Shown: positions 11,889-26,105 of the stretch, piece by piece
Numbering within the stretch: the first letter of the stretch is position 1
How the letters are laid out: the number at the start of each line of letters is the position of its first letter
Source: an uncultured Planctomycetota bacterium
GTDB lineage: Bacteria > Planctomycetota > Planctomycetia > Isosphaerales > Isosphaeraceae
DNA length: 64,000 bases
NCBI GenBank assembly: GCA_963823665.1
Contig: CAWGMQ010000008.1
Location: 576,001 to 640,000, forward strand
Direction: 5' to 3'
The notes under the pieces: model-generated
The model's input: only the letters and a program-made list of their open reading frames with translations
Told to the model about the DNA's origin: nothing
The model's database searches: none
Translations under genes and position numbers: made by a program

Positions 11889-12009
11889 TGCGGGAGCCCG
11901 GAGTTGCACCGGGAACTCGCCATCTTGAGTGAGAACAGTCTACATTCGGCCCTTGCGGGCAAGTTTGAGTAAACCGTTTTTTCGCGTGATGCTGTTTCAC
12001 CACTCCCGC
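11889..12009 (-). ncRNA. tRNA-like Y RNA (YrlA-like) in permuted topology
   Basis: Acceptor stem GCGGGAG/CUCCCGC+A; D arm GUGA-AACAGCA-UCAC; T arm CCCGG-UGCAACU-CCGGG. The anticodon arm is replaced by AACGGUUUAC/GUAGACUGUU plus a CUUGCCC-GCAA-GGGCCGAA Ro-binding helix. Confidence 0.85.
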
Positions 12010-12500
12010 ATTGATCGACTATCAGGGACCCGGGTCACACTCCGCCCGTTCGCGCAGATGATCGCGCACGGACATCGGGGAGAATCCTGCGACAACTACG
12101 ACTGGGCAACGCGTCAACGGGTTGCTGCCGACCGCACTGTCACTACATAATCCGACAAATACGACGGATGGCTGGTTCGCGCGCGGGCGATGTTCTTTTG
12201 CGGGTCGGTCGGAAGAGTGCCGGAGCATCGAGTCGAAATCGTCCGCGACATAAGCCGAGGGGAGCGGTCAAGATACAGGGGTTTGCGCATCTCATGGCGC
12301 GGGACGAGGAAGAAGGAGACTTGAATCGCGCAGGAGTCAGTCTTAGGCCGCGGAGGGTCTGCTGTTGGAAAGACGAGCGAGGGAGAAGACTTGAACCACG
12401 GAAGAGACGAAACACACGAAAACGAAACTGTGAGATGTAATTGCTCTGAAAGTTGCTTTTCGAAGAATGGCGAGCAGGCCTGCGAGCTGAGATGAAGGCG

Positions 12501-12571
12501 AGGATCGGGCTGACGGCCGAGGTTGGAGGACTGGCGTCCCGTTTGAACCACGCACTCACGTGCGTGGTCAC
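12501..12571. repeat. 71-nt direct repeat copy B (REP-like, terminal hairpin)
   Basis: 65/71 identical to 9918-9988; hairpin accacgcac-tcac-gtgcgtggt; lies 28 nt past the kinase stop. Confidence 0.9.
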
Positions 12572-12598
12572 TAGCTCGCGCGGGGCGTGCGCTCGCGT

Positions 12599-15369
<2,771 letters not shown>

Positions 15370-15822
15370 CGAAGACCCTCCAGCATGAACCGCTACCGGG
15401 CCCTGGCCCGCTACCGCACGTTCCTGAAGCGCTCCGGACGATCCATCGCCACGCGATTTACACCCATAGTGATCTTGGTCACGCCTCTGGATCAGACCGC
15501 GCCGAAAAAATTAGGTTCGCGATGTTGGTCAAGGTGCGGCTCGGAAGCAACAATCCGTAACGAGCACGCGGGAAATCACATCCGTATTTGAAGACGAGGC
15601 TTTTGGGACCGCGAAACCCTGCGTTTTCGCGCGCAGATCCCTTCGCTTGGCGGGTAGACGTTGGTCCCGCCATGAGTATTCGATACGCCCGACTAATTCT
15701 TTAATGTAGCGGAAAAGATGGAGGCGGGTGGCGGTGGTTCGGCCAGTGATGTATGACCGGCCAGATTGCCGTAGTGGAATCGCGAAAGACCGTTCAGCGA
15801 ACGAATTGAGTAATCGTCAGGC

Positions 15823-16045
15823 TCAAGGACTTCCACTCTTCGGCGGCTCACTCGACTTCGCAGCCTGACTCGCGGCTATCGCGGCGGCGACGATCCGCTC
15901 AAACTCTCCATTCTGCCGTTCCCGCAGCAGCTTCAATTTGAGGGCGACTTCTCGATTCAGCTCGCGATCGAGTGCGACGAAGACTTCGCCCAGGCCGCCG
16001 CGGTCGTGGAGCCGGAGCAATCGGAAGCGGCCATCCGGCGGGTCT
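15823..16045 (-). pseudogene. Ser/Thr kinase relic: N-lobe start fused to a C-terminus
   Basis: GRFRLLRLHDRGGLGEVFVALDRELNREVALK (subdomains I-II) runs directly into LKLLRERQNGEFERIV...*; no catalytic loop or DFG. Confidence 0.75.
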
Positions 16046-16279
16046 CCGCGGTGCGCGGCGGGCTCACGAGCAACCGGACACCCACGAGGGCGTCCTCTCC
16101 CCAGGCGCCACGCCAGATCGGTAGGATTATCGCACGATCACAAGACGGATGCATCCGGGACCAATTTCGAGTTCAATGATGCTTGGGCAGCAACCACAAT
16201 GTTTGCGCCATGCAGGGTGAAGGCCATCGTGTCGCGACCGAAGTGATTGACCACGAACCCGAGAGGATTCAGTCTCGCA

Positions 16280-17411
16280 ATGCGACCGCGATCAACCTTC
16301 CTCATCGTCTTCCTGGCATCAACGTCTTCGCTCGCGTCGGCGCAACCCGCCGCGCCAGCCGCGCTCCGCGACAAGCGCGCCGCACGACGCAGTCGACCGC
16401 ATCGTCGCGGCCGAGATGGAGAAGCAGCAGATCCCCGGGCTGTCCCTTGCCGTCATCCAGGGAGGTAAAATCGTCAAGGCAAGAGGGTACGGCGTCACCG
16501 AGAAGGGCGGGAAGACTCCGGTGACGGCTGAGACGCTCTTCCAGGCCGGGTCGGTCAGCAAGTCGGTCGCGGCCGTTGGTGCGCTCCATCTCGTGGATAA
16601 AGGGAAGCTTTCGCTCGATGAAGACGTCAACGCCAAGCTCCTCACCTGGAAAGTGCCGCATAACGAGCTTACCAAGGAACAAAAAGTCACCCTGAGGCGC
16701 CTTCTCAGCCACACGGCGGGGCTCACCGTCCACGGTTTCCCGGGCTATGCCCGCGATGCGCAGGTCCCGACGCTCGTACAGGTTCTGGACGGGAAGAAAC
16801 CGGCAAACACGCCTGCCATTCGCGTTGACATCCTCCCCGGCAGCCAGTGGCGTTATTCGGGCGGCGGTTACGCGGTCATGCAAAAGCTCGTTATCGACGT
16901 CACCGGAAAGCCGTTCGCAGAGTTCATGCAAGAGGCCGTGCTGGGGCCTGCGGGAATGAAAGAAAGCACGTTCAAACAACCGCTGCCCGCCGAGAAGGCG
17001 AAACTTGCGGCGGCGGGCGACTATGCCAATCACACGCCGGTCCACGGGAAGTGGCACGTCTATCCGGAGATGGCCGCGGCCGGGCTTTGGACAACCCCTT
17101 CGGATCTGGTGCGATTCGCCGCCGCCGTGCAGGGCGCGCTTGCCGGCAAGTCCACGAAGATGCTCTCGAAGCGGGTGGCGCAGCAGATGGTCACCGAGGA
17201 AAAAGACCACGACGGACTGGGCATGTTCCTGCAAGGCACCGGTAAAAACCTCCGGTTCAGCCACAACGGACGAAACGAGGGATTTGACACCCTCTTCGTC
17301 GCCTATGCCGAATCCAGGCGTGGAGCCGCGATCATGATCAACTCCAACGAGAACTCCGGCTCCCTGGGGCGGATCTTGAAAGCCATCGAGAGCGAGTATC
17401 GCTGGCCGTAA
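16280..17411 (+). CDS. Serine hydrolase, beta-lactamase class C/AmpC-like family (frameshift near 16380)
   Basis: SVSK (SxxK), LLSHTAGL, YSGGGY, HNG; signal peptide MRPRSTFLIVFLASTSSLASA in the adjacent frame. Confidence 0.9.
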
Positions 17412-17680
17412 GGCATTCCTAATTCTTTCGGCAAATCGCGTGACATCCCCGATCGACTCCTCGCCTCTATCCAGGGGAGATCCAATCCCTTTCGCGCGCC
17501 ACACAGCCGGACACCTGGATGAAGACCCCGGTGGCACTTGAAATGCCAGTGCCACCGGACGCTTGACCACTTGCACCGGTGGCACATTACTTTTTAGTCT
17601 GAAGATTCATCGATCAATGCGTGAACTGACTCACCGCCCTATTACTTTCGTTGCGGACGTGCGCGGGTGGGAATCTCGCC

Positions 17681-18291
17681 ATGCAGAACCCGAATGGAAT
17701 TCCGGACTTCCTGCTGGAGCGTGCTCGCGCCGGCGACACGAGCGCATTCGGCCAGTTGCTCACGCGATATCACAATTACATGCGCTTGCTGGCGCGGCGC
17801 TTGCGGGCACGACGCTGAAGCTCCGGCTGGATGCCTCTGATGTAGTGCAGGAAGCGTGTCTGGAGGCCCATCGCGATTTCCCGAATTTTGAAGGCTCGAC
17901 CGAAGCGGAATTACTGGCGTGGCTGAGGCGGATCCTCGCTCGAAACCTGGCGGATGTCGCGCGGTATCAGAATGCGGAGATGCGTGACTATCGGCGTCAG
18001 CGGTCGCTGGAATCGCTGCTGGAGCAGTCGAGTCTCTCGGTTCAGGAAGCACTTGCCGCCACCGCGACGACTCCGAGCTCGATCGCCGCGCAGCGCGAGC
18101 GTGCGGTCTTGCTGGCTGATGCGCTCGAGGGGCTGCCCCCGGATTATCGAGACGTTGTGATCTTGCGCAATCTGGAGGGGCTCAAGTTCAATGAAGTCGC
18201 TGCGCGAATGGGGCGCTCGTCCGGGGCCGTGAGGATGCTATGGGCCCGGGCAATCGAGCGCCTGAGCGAAGCACTGGAGGGGCTCTCATGA
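17681..18291 (+). CDS. ECF sigma-70 factor, planctomycete type (frameshift near 17800)
   Basis: LLERARAGDTSAFGQLL, DASDVVQE, ELLAWLRRILARNL, LPPDYRDVVILRNLEGL..VAARMGRS; ATGA overlap with the kinase. Confidence 0.9.
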
Positions 18292-21200
18292 GACTGGAGG
18301 AAGCGATCGCGCTCGAGGATGCACACGCCGCGAGCCAGGATGACGAGCTCTCGCGAGTGCTGGCCGATTATCTGGCCGAGGTCGAGGCCGGGCGGGCGGT
18401 CGATCCTCTTGAATTGATCGAGAAGCACCCAGCGATTGCCGACCGTCTGCGCACTTGCTTGAAGGGTCTGCACATGGTCGAGGAGTTCGCCTGCTCGATC
18501 GGAGCCGGCTCACCGGCCCGGGACGCCTCCGCCCTCGACGGCCCGACACTCGGTGATTTCCGGATCGTGCGCACGCTCGGCCGGGGCGGAATGGGCGTCG
18601 TGTACGAGGCCGTGCAGCGATCACTCGAGCGCCGGGTGGCTCTCAAGGTGCTTCCGTTCGGCGCGGCGATTGATCCCCGCCGGCTCGCTCGGTTCCGCGT
18701 CGAGTCGCACGCCGCCGCGCAGCTCAACCATCCTCACATCATCTCGGTGTACTCGGTCGGCTCGGAAGCCGGGGTGCACTATTATGCGATGCAGTTGATC
18801 GACGGTCCCACGCTCGCCGAGCTGATCGCCGACCTGCGCCGACTCAAGGAACTCGATCTCCTCTTCGGCGCCGGCATCCGCCACCGGAGACAAGGACACG
18901 TCGTCGATTGCCTCGACGATCTCTTCGGGCTCGACGGCGTTCTTCCGCGAGTCGGCCCGCCTGGGCATGGAGGCGGCGCTGGCGCTGGACCATGCCCATG
19001 AGAACGGCGTGCTTCATCGGGACATCAAGCCGTCGAATCTGATGATCGACGGTGCCGGCCATCTCTGGGTGGCCGATTTCGGGCTCGCCCGGTTTCAGTC
19101 CGACTCGAGCCTCACCGTCTCCGGCGACGTCCTCGGCACGTTGCGCTACATGAGCCCCGAGCAAGCGCTCGCCAATCGCAGCGTCGTCGACCAGCGCACC
19201 GACGTGTATTCTCTGGGTGCGACGCTGTACGAGCTGATCACGCTGCACCCTCCATTCGAAGGGTCGAACCGGCAGGACCTGCTCCGGAAAATCGCCCAGG
19301 ACGAGCCGCGGCGGCCGCGCGGCTCTGAGAACGGATATCCCTCTCGACCTCGAAACGATTGTCTTGAAGGCCATCGCCAAGGAGCCTTCGAGCCGTTATG
19401 CGAGCGCGGGCGAAATGGCCGAGGATCTGAAACGGTTCCTCGACGACCAGCCGATTCGCGCCCGGCGGCCACGTGTGCTCGAGCACGTGACCCGTCTGGT
19501 TCGCAAGCACATGGCGATCGTGCATGGCCGTCGTGCCCCTCTTGCTGTTGATTGTGGCCGGCTTGTCGGTCGGCATCGTGCTGGTTCTGGCCGAACAATC
19601 GCAGATACTCAAGCAGCAGGACGAGATCCGCAACAAGAAGGTCGAGGCCGAAGCCCTTCAGGCGAAAGCGCGACGGCAACGCGACGTCGCCCGGCGCGCC
19701 GTCGACGAGATGTACACGCTGGTCGCACAGGACTGGCTCTCCAGGTCCACGAACTTACAGCCGCTTCAGCGTGACTTCCTGCAGAAGGCGCTCGAATACT
19801 ACGAGGAGTTCGCGAGCGAGAAGGACGTCGAGCCGGAGTTTCGCGTACGCGGCCGGATGGGCTTTTTATCGACTGGGCGACGTGCAGCGACGACTGGGAA
19901 AACTGGCGGAAGGGGAGCGAGGCTACCGGCAGGCGATCGAGGCTCTCGAAGCGCTCGGCGACGCGGATCCGCCGAACCCGGAGCGACTCGAGCGCGCTCT
20001 GCCGGCAGCCTATTGCGGTCTGGGAGAGCTTCTCGATGAAACCGGCCGCATCGAGGAATCGAAGAAAGCACTGGCGCGCGCCATCGAGCTGCGGCAAAGA
20101 CTGATCGCTGGCACGCCCGACACACCGGCGAACAAGTCGCTGCTGGCTGCGCGGTATGAGCAGCTCGGCGCATCACTCGGGCGCAATGGCCAGCTCAAGG
20201 AAGCCGGGGCGGCTTTCCAGAAGGCGATTGCACTGGCGGGCGCGGGCGACTCGTCGGCTGCGATCACTCAGGCTGAGATCGATTTCGAACCTGGCGATCA
20301 CGGTCCAGAAGCAAGGCAACACTGCCGAGGCGGAGGGCCTTTTCCGCCAGGCGGTGACGCAGTACGAACGCCTGGCCAGGGAAGTGCCGGGCGTGTCGCT
20401 CTACAAAGAGCGGCTCGCCGAGGCGCTGCTGAATCTAGGTCAGTCGCTCTCGATGAATTCAAAAGAAGTGGAGGCGATCTTCCGCCGTGCGCAAGACGTT
20501 TACCGTGAGCTTGCCGCGGGTACGCCCGAGGTGGCCGCCCATCGCAGGAACCTGGCGACGACGTTCTTGAACCTTAGCCTCCTTGTTCGTCAGCGTAGGA
20601 CGAGTGCGCGAAGGGGAGCTTGCCGCGGTGCAGGCCAAGGCACTGCTCGAGACCCTCGTCGCCGAATCGCCGACCGTCATGCTCAACCAGGAGTTGCTGG
20701 TCAAGGCAGTCGTGTGGCTGGCGAAGATTCGCACGCAAACCGGCGAGACGATCGCGGCATTGGCGGACGCCAAGCTCGCTCGTGACATGTACGAGAAGCT
20801 TGATCCGCAGCGTGTCGACCTGGCATGGGACCGCGGGCTGGAATCTTGCCGAGCCTGGCTTATCTTCAGGAGCTTTCCGCGAAACTTCACGGACGCCGAC
20901 AGGTCCTGGCGCAAGCCGCTGATGTGTTCGAATCGCTGGTCGCGAAGGCACCGAAGAGGCTCGATCTTCGCGCCGATCTGGCCTTCAACGTGATGCAGCG
21001 CGGCATGTCGTCGCGCCGGCTAGGAAGAAACGGGCATGCCGAGCGCGACCTGCGGCGCGCCGTCGAGCTCCTCCAGAGCGTGCTCACCGAAGGCCCGGAG
21101 CGATCGGCCGATCGGTTTCGCCTGGCCCAGGCCGCGCATCACTTCGGGGCATTTTCTGTTCGAGAACCAGCGAACGCAGCGAAGCCGAGACCTCTAGCTA

Positions 21201-22409
21201 CCTCGCGTTTCACGCCTACGAGCGACTTTTCCTGGATTCTTATCGACCGGATGAGATGGTCAGGGCGTGTGCGGATTGCCTGAGCAACGTGGCCATCAGC
21301 CAGCTCGGACTGGGTCGATTCGACGACGCCATCCATTCGTACCGCGAATCGCTCAGGCTATTCGACTCGCTGCCGCCCAGGCTCGCTTTCGAGCGGAGCA
21401 TCCGCGAAAATCGTGCGAAAGTGCTCGACAACCTGGGAAAGGCGCTCATGCTCAAAGGGAATTTCGCCGAGGCCGAGCCTCGCATCCGCCAGGGGTTCTC
21501 GATTCGCGAGTCGCTCCTGGCCGATGCGTCAGGCAACGCCAGCTTTCAGGATGGGCTCGGGCTCTGCTCGACCCACCTGGGCCAGATCCTCGAACGCCGC
21601 GGAGAGACCGCGGGAGCCCGGCGACTGCTCAAACAAGGTGTCGACCTCGAGCGACAAGCTCTGAGCACCGACCCGCGGTTCGCACTCGCTCGCGGTCATC
21701 TGCGCGGAGCCCAGAAGAGCCTCGCGTTTTTTCTGATCGATCAGGGTGACTACGTCGATGCCGCCGCCGTGAGCGAGGACCTGTGGCGAGATGCTGCCGC
21801 GGAGGATCTCGCCGAAGTGCTCACATACGTCAGCTCGTTCCTGGGAGAATGTGCCTTTCTGGCGGCGAATGAGGAGAAGCTGCCGTCAGAAAAACGTCAA
21901 GCCACCGCTTTGCCGTATGCCAAACGGGCGCTGGAAGCGTTCGAGACGGGCCGCCCAAGACAAGACCGCAACCGGCCCGATCGTCAATCTTTCGTGGTTC
22001 CGTCTGGCTTGCCCTGTCGACGCGCTTGCGCGACGTGCGCGAGGCACTGCGCCTGGCTCAAGAACTGACGACCAAGGCACCGGCGCGGGTCGATTCGTGG
22101 AGCATTCTGGGTGCGGCGCTTTATTACAACGGCGAGCAGAAGGCCGCTCTCGATGCGTTTGACAAGGCGCGGAGCCTCGATCCGGGCAAATTCGGGGCCT
22201 GGGACTTCTGCGCGGCGATGGTCCATCTCAAGCTGGGTGAGAAGGCGGAAGCGCAGGCGTGCTACGACCGCGCGGTGAGGTGGATGAAACAGAACCCGCA
22301 TTCGAAGATGCACGAGCGGCTTCAGGCCGAGGCGGGAAGGCTCTCAATGTACGCGATCCGGCGAATCCTTCTCGCTCGGGGCCAGCACTTACACGCGCGC
22401 GTGCGCTGA
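18288..22409 (+). CDS. Ser/Thr protein kinase with TPR repeats, broken by many frameshifts
   Basis: GRGGMGVVYEA, VALKVL (ORF 18240..19001); HRDIKPSN, DFG, GTLRYMSPE (18967..19551); TM helix and TPR-like segments across ORFs 19524..22409. Confidence 0.85.
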
Positions 22410-22534
22410 ATTGATTGCTCAGCTCGAGCCTCACCGTCGTTGACTCGCGAGGAAAATCGAACGAGATGGACCAGGCGCGTGGTTCAACACCGCTCGTGGT
22501 GGTGGTACATTCGAGGTCAAGGAGGAACACATCG

Positions 22535-23914
22535 ATGAACCAAGAGAGCACTCTATCGTCTCGGCGTGAGTTTTTGCGTCAAACGCTTCCGGTGGCCGCG
22601 GCGGCTTCGGCCTTCCCGTTTCCCACGCTGGTTCCCGGCAGTGCGCTGGGTTTATCCGGCGCTCCATCGCGCCGAGTAAGCGCGTGACCGTGGCGATGAT
22701 CGGCACGGGCAACCAGGGCTTCAACGATCTCAATTCGTTTCTGCGCGATGAGCGGGTGCAGATTGTCGCCGTCTGCGACGTGAACCGCGAAAGCAAAGGA
22801 TACTGGGAGGGCAAGGTCGGAGGCCGCGAGCCTGCCCGCCAGCTGGTTGAAGACTATTACGGCAAGCACCGCCGTGACGGCACGTTCAAGGGTTGCAGCA
22901 CCTCGGGCGATTTCCGGGAAATCCTCGGCCGCAAGGACATCGACGCCGTCGAAATCTGCACGCCGGACCACTGGCATGCGATCATGGTCGAGCAAGCCTG
23001 CAAGGCCGGGAAGGATATCTACTGCCAGAAGCCGCTGTCGCTCACGATCGCGCGAGGGGCAGGGCGATGTCGGCGGCGGTGAGCCGGTCGCACGTCGTGT
23101 TTCAAACGGGCAGCCAGCAGCGATCGGACGCGAAGTTTCGCCGCGCCTGCGAGCTGGTGCGGAACGGGCGGATCGGCGATTTGAAGAAGGTGCGTGTCGG
23201 CATGCCCGGCGGTCGCACCGACTACGCCAAGACCGGCGATCACAAGAAACCGGAGCCAGTGCCGGAAGGGTTCGACTACAACTTCTGGCTCGGCCCCGCG
23301 CCCGAGGCGGCTTATGCCCCGGCGCGGTGCCACGTCAACTTTCGCTGGATCTACGACTACTCGGGCGGGAACGTCACGGACTGGGGCGGCCACCACCCTG
23401 ACTGCGCCAGTGGGGCATGGGTACGGAGATGACCGGCCCGGTTCAGATCCGCGGCGCCAAAGCCGAGTTTGCTCCCGACCCGCTCTGGAACACTGCCACG
23501 GAGTATTACTTCGAAGCCGTGTTCGAGAACGGCATCCCCATGATCATTTCGAACAAGGAAAAAATGGGTGTCACGTTCGAGGGGACAGAAGGCAAGATCT
23601 ACGTCGATCGCGGCAAGCTCGAGGCAGACCCCGCGGCGGTCCTCGACTCCAAGATCGGCCCGGAAGGCATTCACCTCTACAAGAGCGACGACCACTTCCG
23701 CAACTTCATCGATTGCGTGAAATCACGCGGCCCCACCGCGGCGCCGGTGGAGGTCGCCCATCGCTCGATCACGATCTGCCATCTGGGCAACATCGCCATG
23801 CGGCTGAAGCGTGAAAAACTGCGGTGGGACCCACGCACGGAGCAGATCGTCGGCGATGACGAGGCGTCGAAGATGCTCACCCGAGCCTACCGTTCTCCAT
23901 GGACGCTTGCTTGA
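22535..23914 (+). CDS. Tat-exported Gfo/Idh/MocA family oxidoreductase (frameshifted)
   Basis: SRREFL twin-arginine signal, IGTGNQG, VAVCDV, TPDHWH, YCQKP, QTGSQQRS, WLGPAP, DWGGHH. Confidence 0.92.
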
Positions 23915-24057
23915 TTCGACCGAGACAAATCTTAAAACATTCCGGCGCAACCAACGAAAACTTTAGTGGAACCCCGCGCGCGGCTTCGTGGATCGGGTGC
24001 TTGGCGGACCTTTCGCGCGAGGCGCGAGGGCAATTGTTGACTGGGTTTGCGTCAATT

Positions 24058-24079
24058 GTCAGGCTAAAGCCTGACCTAC
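24058..24079 (-). repeat. GTAG-type REP palindrome
   Basis: Minus strand reads GTAG-GTCAGGC-TTTA-GCCTGAC. Confidence 0.6.
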
Positions 24080-24213
24080 TTTTGCGCTCTGGCTCCGTCG
24101 TCTGGGTGGGTGGGTTGGAACTTTCTCACCCACTGGGCCGTCCGTTAGTTAGAATGTGAGGTTGGCCAGGCGAGTGATCGCTTCCGGTTTTCATCGTTCT
24201 ACAGGAGATTCTC

Positions 24214-24600
24214 GTGATGAAGATGCATCAAAAGATAGCCGCGGTTCTGGTTTCCTCGCTGGGATTGGCTGCGTGGGGCTGCAGCGGCGACGACGTGGAG
24301 TCAGGGGTCGACAAAGCTGGCAGTGGAATTCAGAGCGCCGGTAAGGGGATCGAAAAGGCCGGAGAGAAGATCAAAGAAAAGGCCCACGACATGGGGGAGG
24401 GCTTCGACAAGGGTATTCAAAAGGCGAAGGACCTCGAGGAGAAAGGCGTCCAGAAGTTCAAGGACGCCGGAAAGGCGACCATGGAGGGAATGAAGAACGT
24501 CAAGGACAAGGTTGTAGAGGAAGGCAAGGAACTCAAGGACAAGGCCGCGAAGGCCCTCGACAAGGACAAGGACAAGGATATGCCGGACAAGAAGGACTGA
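24214..24600 (+). CDS. Small Lys/Asp-rich lipoprotein (LEA-like amphipathic repeats)
   Basis: GGAG RBS, signal peptide ending AAWGC (lipobox), highly charged repetitive body. Confidence 0.75.
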   Translation: MMKMHQKIAAVLVSSLGLAAWGCSGDDVESGVDKAGSGIQSAGKGIEKAGEKIKEKAHDMGEGFDKGIQKAKDLEEKGVQKFKDAGKATMEGMKNVKDKVVEEGKELKDKAAKALDKDKDKDMPDKKD

Positions 24601-24767
24601 GCGGCAGGTCAGATCGCGTGCGAACTCCCGGCCCGTGCGTCTGGCATGGGCCGAGGGTCGACCCGTGAGTGTGGTGGTCGCCAGCGCGGACCTGTCACGG
24701 CGACCTTGACGGAAGAGCATGCGGGGCTCGAAGATGCTGTATGGATAATCCCAAGGCGCGGAGAGGG

Positions 24768-26035
24768 ATGATGGCTCGGGCCGCAGCAGGGACTGGGCAC
24801 GAACTCTGCTGTCCGGCTTGTGCGGCCGAATGGAATGGTCACGCGCCGGCGCAACTCCACTCGCCGCTCTTCGACTGGATCGCTGCCCGCACTGTGGCGA
24901 GCCGCTGGAACGATCCGGCGGCGCGCGCGGTTCTTCAAATCGCCAGGCGACATCGGTGCAGCACCGGTCGGCGCCGATGGGCGCGCTGGGCCTCGTCTGG
25001 CGCAACTGGATTCTTCGAACGCTCGAGGCCGCCTACTGGATCGGCACGTTCGTCGGATCGGTGGTCATGCTTGTTCTTGGCGGGTTCGTTCCGGTCGGGC
25101 GGGGCTGGCTGCGCAACGAGATCAGCGGCTGGTCTGACGTGGTGGGGGCCCTGGGTGGAGTGTGGTTCCGGGTTGTCACGCAAGATCCCGACAGCGACCT
25201 GGGGCCGGTGGTGGCGCGGGTGGACGCTCCGCTCTTATTTTCGACAATCGACACGGTTGGCCGGCGGCTTGGCGTGAAACCACCCGGGCAGGTGCGGTTG
25301 ACTTATCTTCCCTGCTGCGGCGTGGTGGCCTGGGGCCGTTCGCGTGCGCTTCTGATTGGTTTGCCGCTGTTTCGCGTGCTCACCCAGGGTGAGCTTCGCG
25401 CGATCGTGGCGCACGAGCTAGCTCATCTGGCCCGCGGCGACGCGACCCGGGCGGCTCGTTCGGCACGCTTTGTCGAGAGCCTGGAACGCGCGGTCGGACA
25501 TGATGCGGGCCGCGTCTGGGGGCCGCTGGGGGCCTGGGCGCGGTTCTGCCTGGCCGAGGCTTCGTGGCTGATCGAGCCGGTCTCGCGCGGGCAGGAAGCG
25601 CGAGCTGACCGTTGCTCCGCCGCCATCGCCGGCGGAGGGGCCGCCTCGTCCGCCCTGGTCAAGGTTGCAGTTGTGCAGCCGCTGTTCCGCGAAGTGTTGA
25701 GCGCGTATGACCCGAACGGGCTCGGCACGCCCAACCTCTACGCGTTCTTCCGGAGCTTCTGGTACCGGTTACCAGCGGATTTTCATTCGTCGATGCGGAT
25801 GAACATTCTGGCCGGCTCCGACGACGAGACCTCCGATCCCACGCATCCACCCCTTCCCGATCGCGTGGCGAAATTGCAGTCGTATCCCGATCGGCCGGGG
25901 TCGAACGGCGATGCACTCCCCGCCACCACGTTCCTGGGCGACCTGGAAGTCTTCGAGGAAATGCTGCACAACCGACTTTTCAGCGTTACGCTGCCTGTGA
26001 TCGAGCCTACCGTGTTTCACAAAAACGTATCCTGA
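24768..26035 (+). CDS. M48 family zinc metallopeptidase with N-terminal CxxC pairs (frameshift near 24820)
   Basis: ELRAIVAHELAH (HExxH), EARAD, THPPLPDR; CPAC and CPHC zinc-ribbon halves. Confidence 0.85.
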
Positions 26036-26105
26036 ACGCGCCTGGGTCGACCCGGCTACGTGCGATCGGAACATTGGCTATAATGCACTCGACGGAGTCA
26101 CCGCC

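Noticed and set aside
11889..12009. Bona fide tRNA or intron-containing tRNA gene
   Set aside because: No 7-nt anticodon loop, the D loop lacks GG, the T loop is UGCAACU rather than UUCRANY, and the insert is a Ro-site helix next to rsr; a Y RNA-type mimic fits better.
12010..12480. Sigma54 (RtcR-type) promoter or a third Y RNA upstream of rsr
   Set aside because: No convincing TGGCAC-N5-TTGC and no further CCGA/CUUG helix; only a generic hairpin near 12030-12070.
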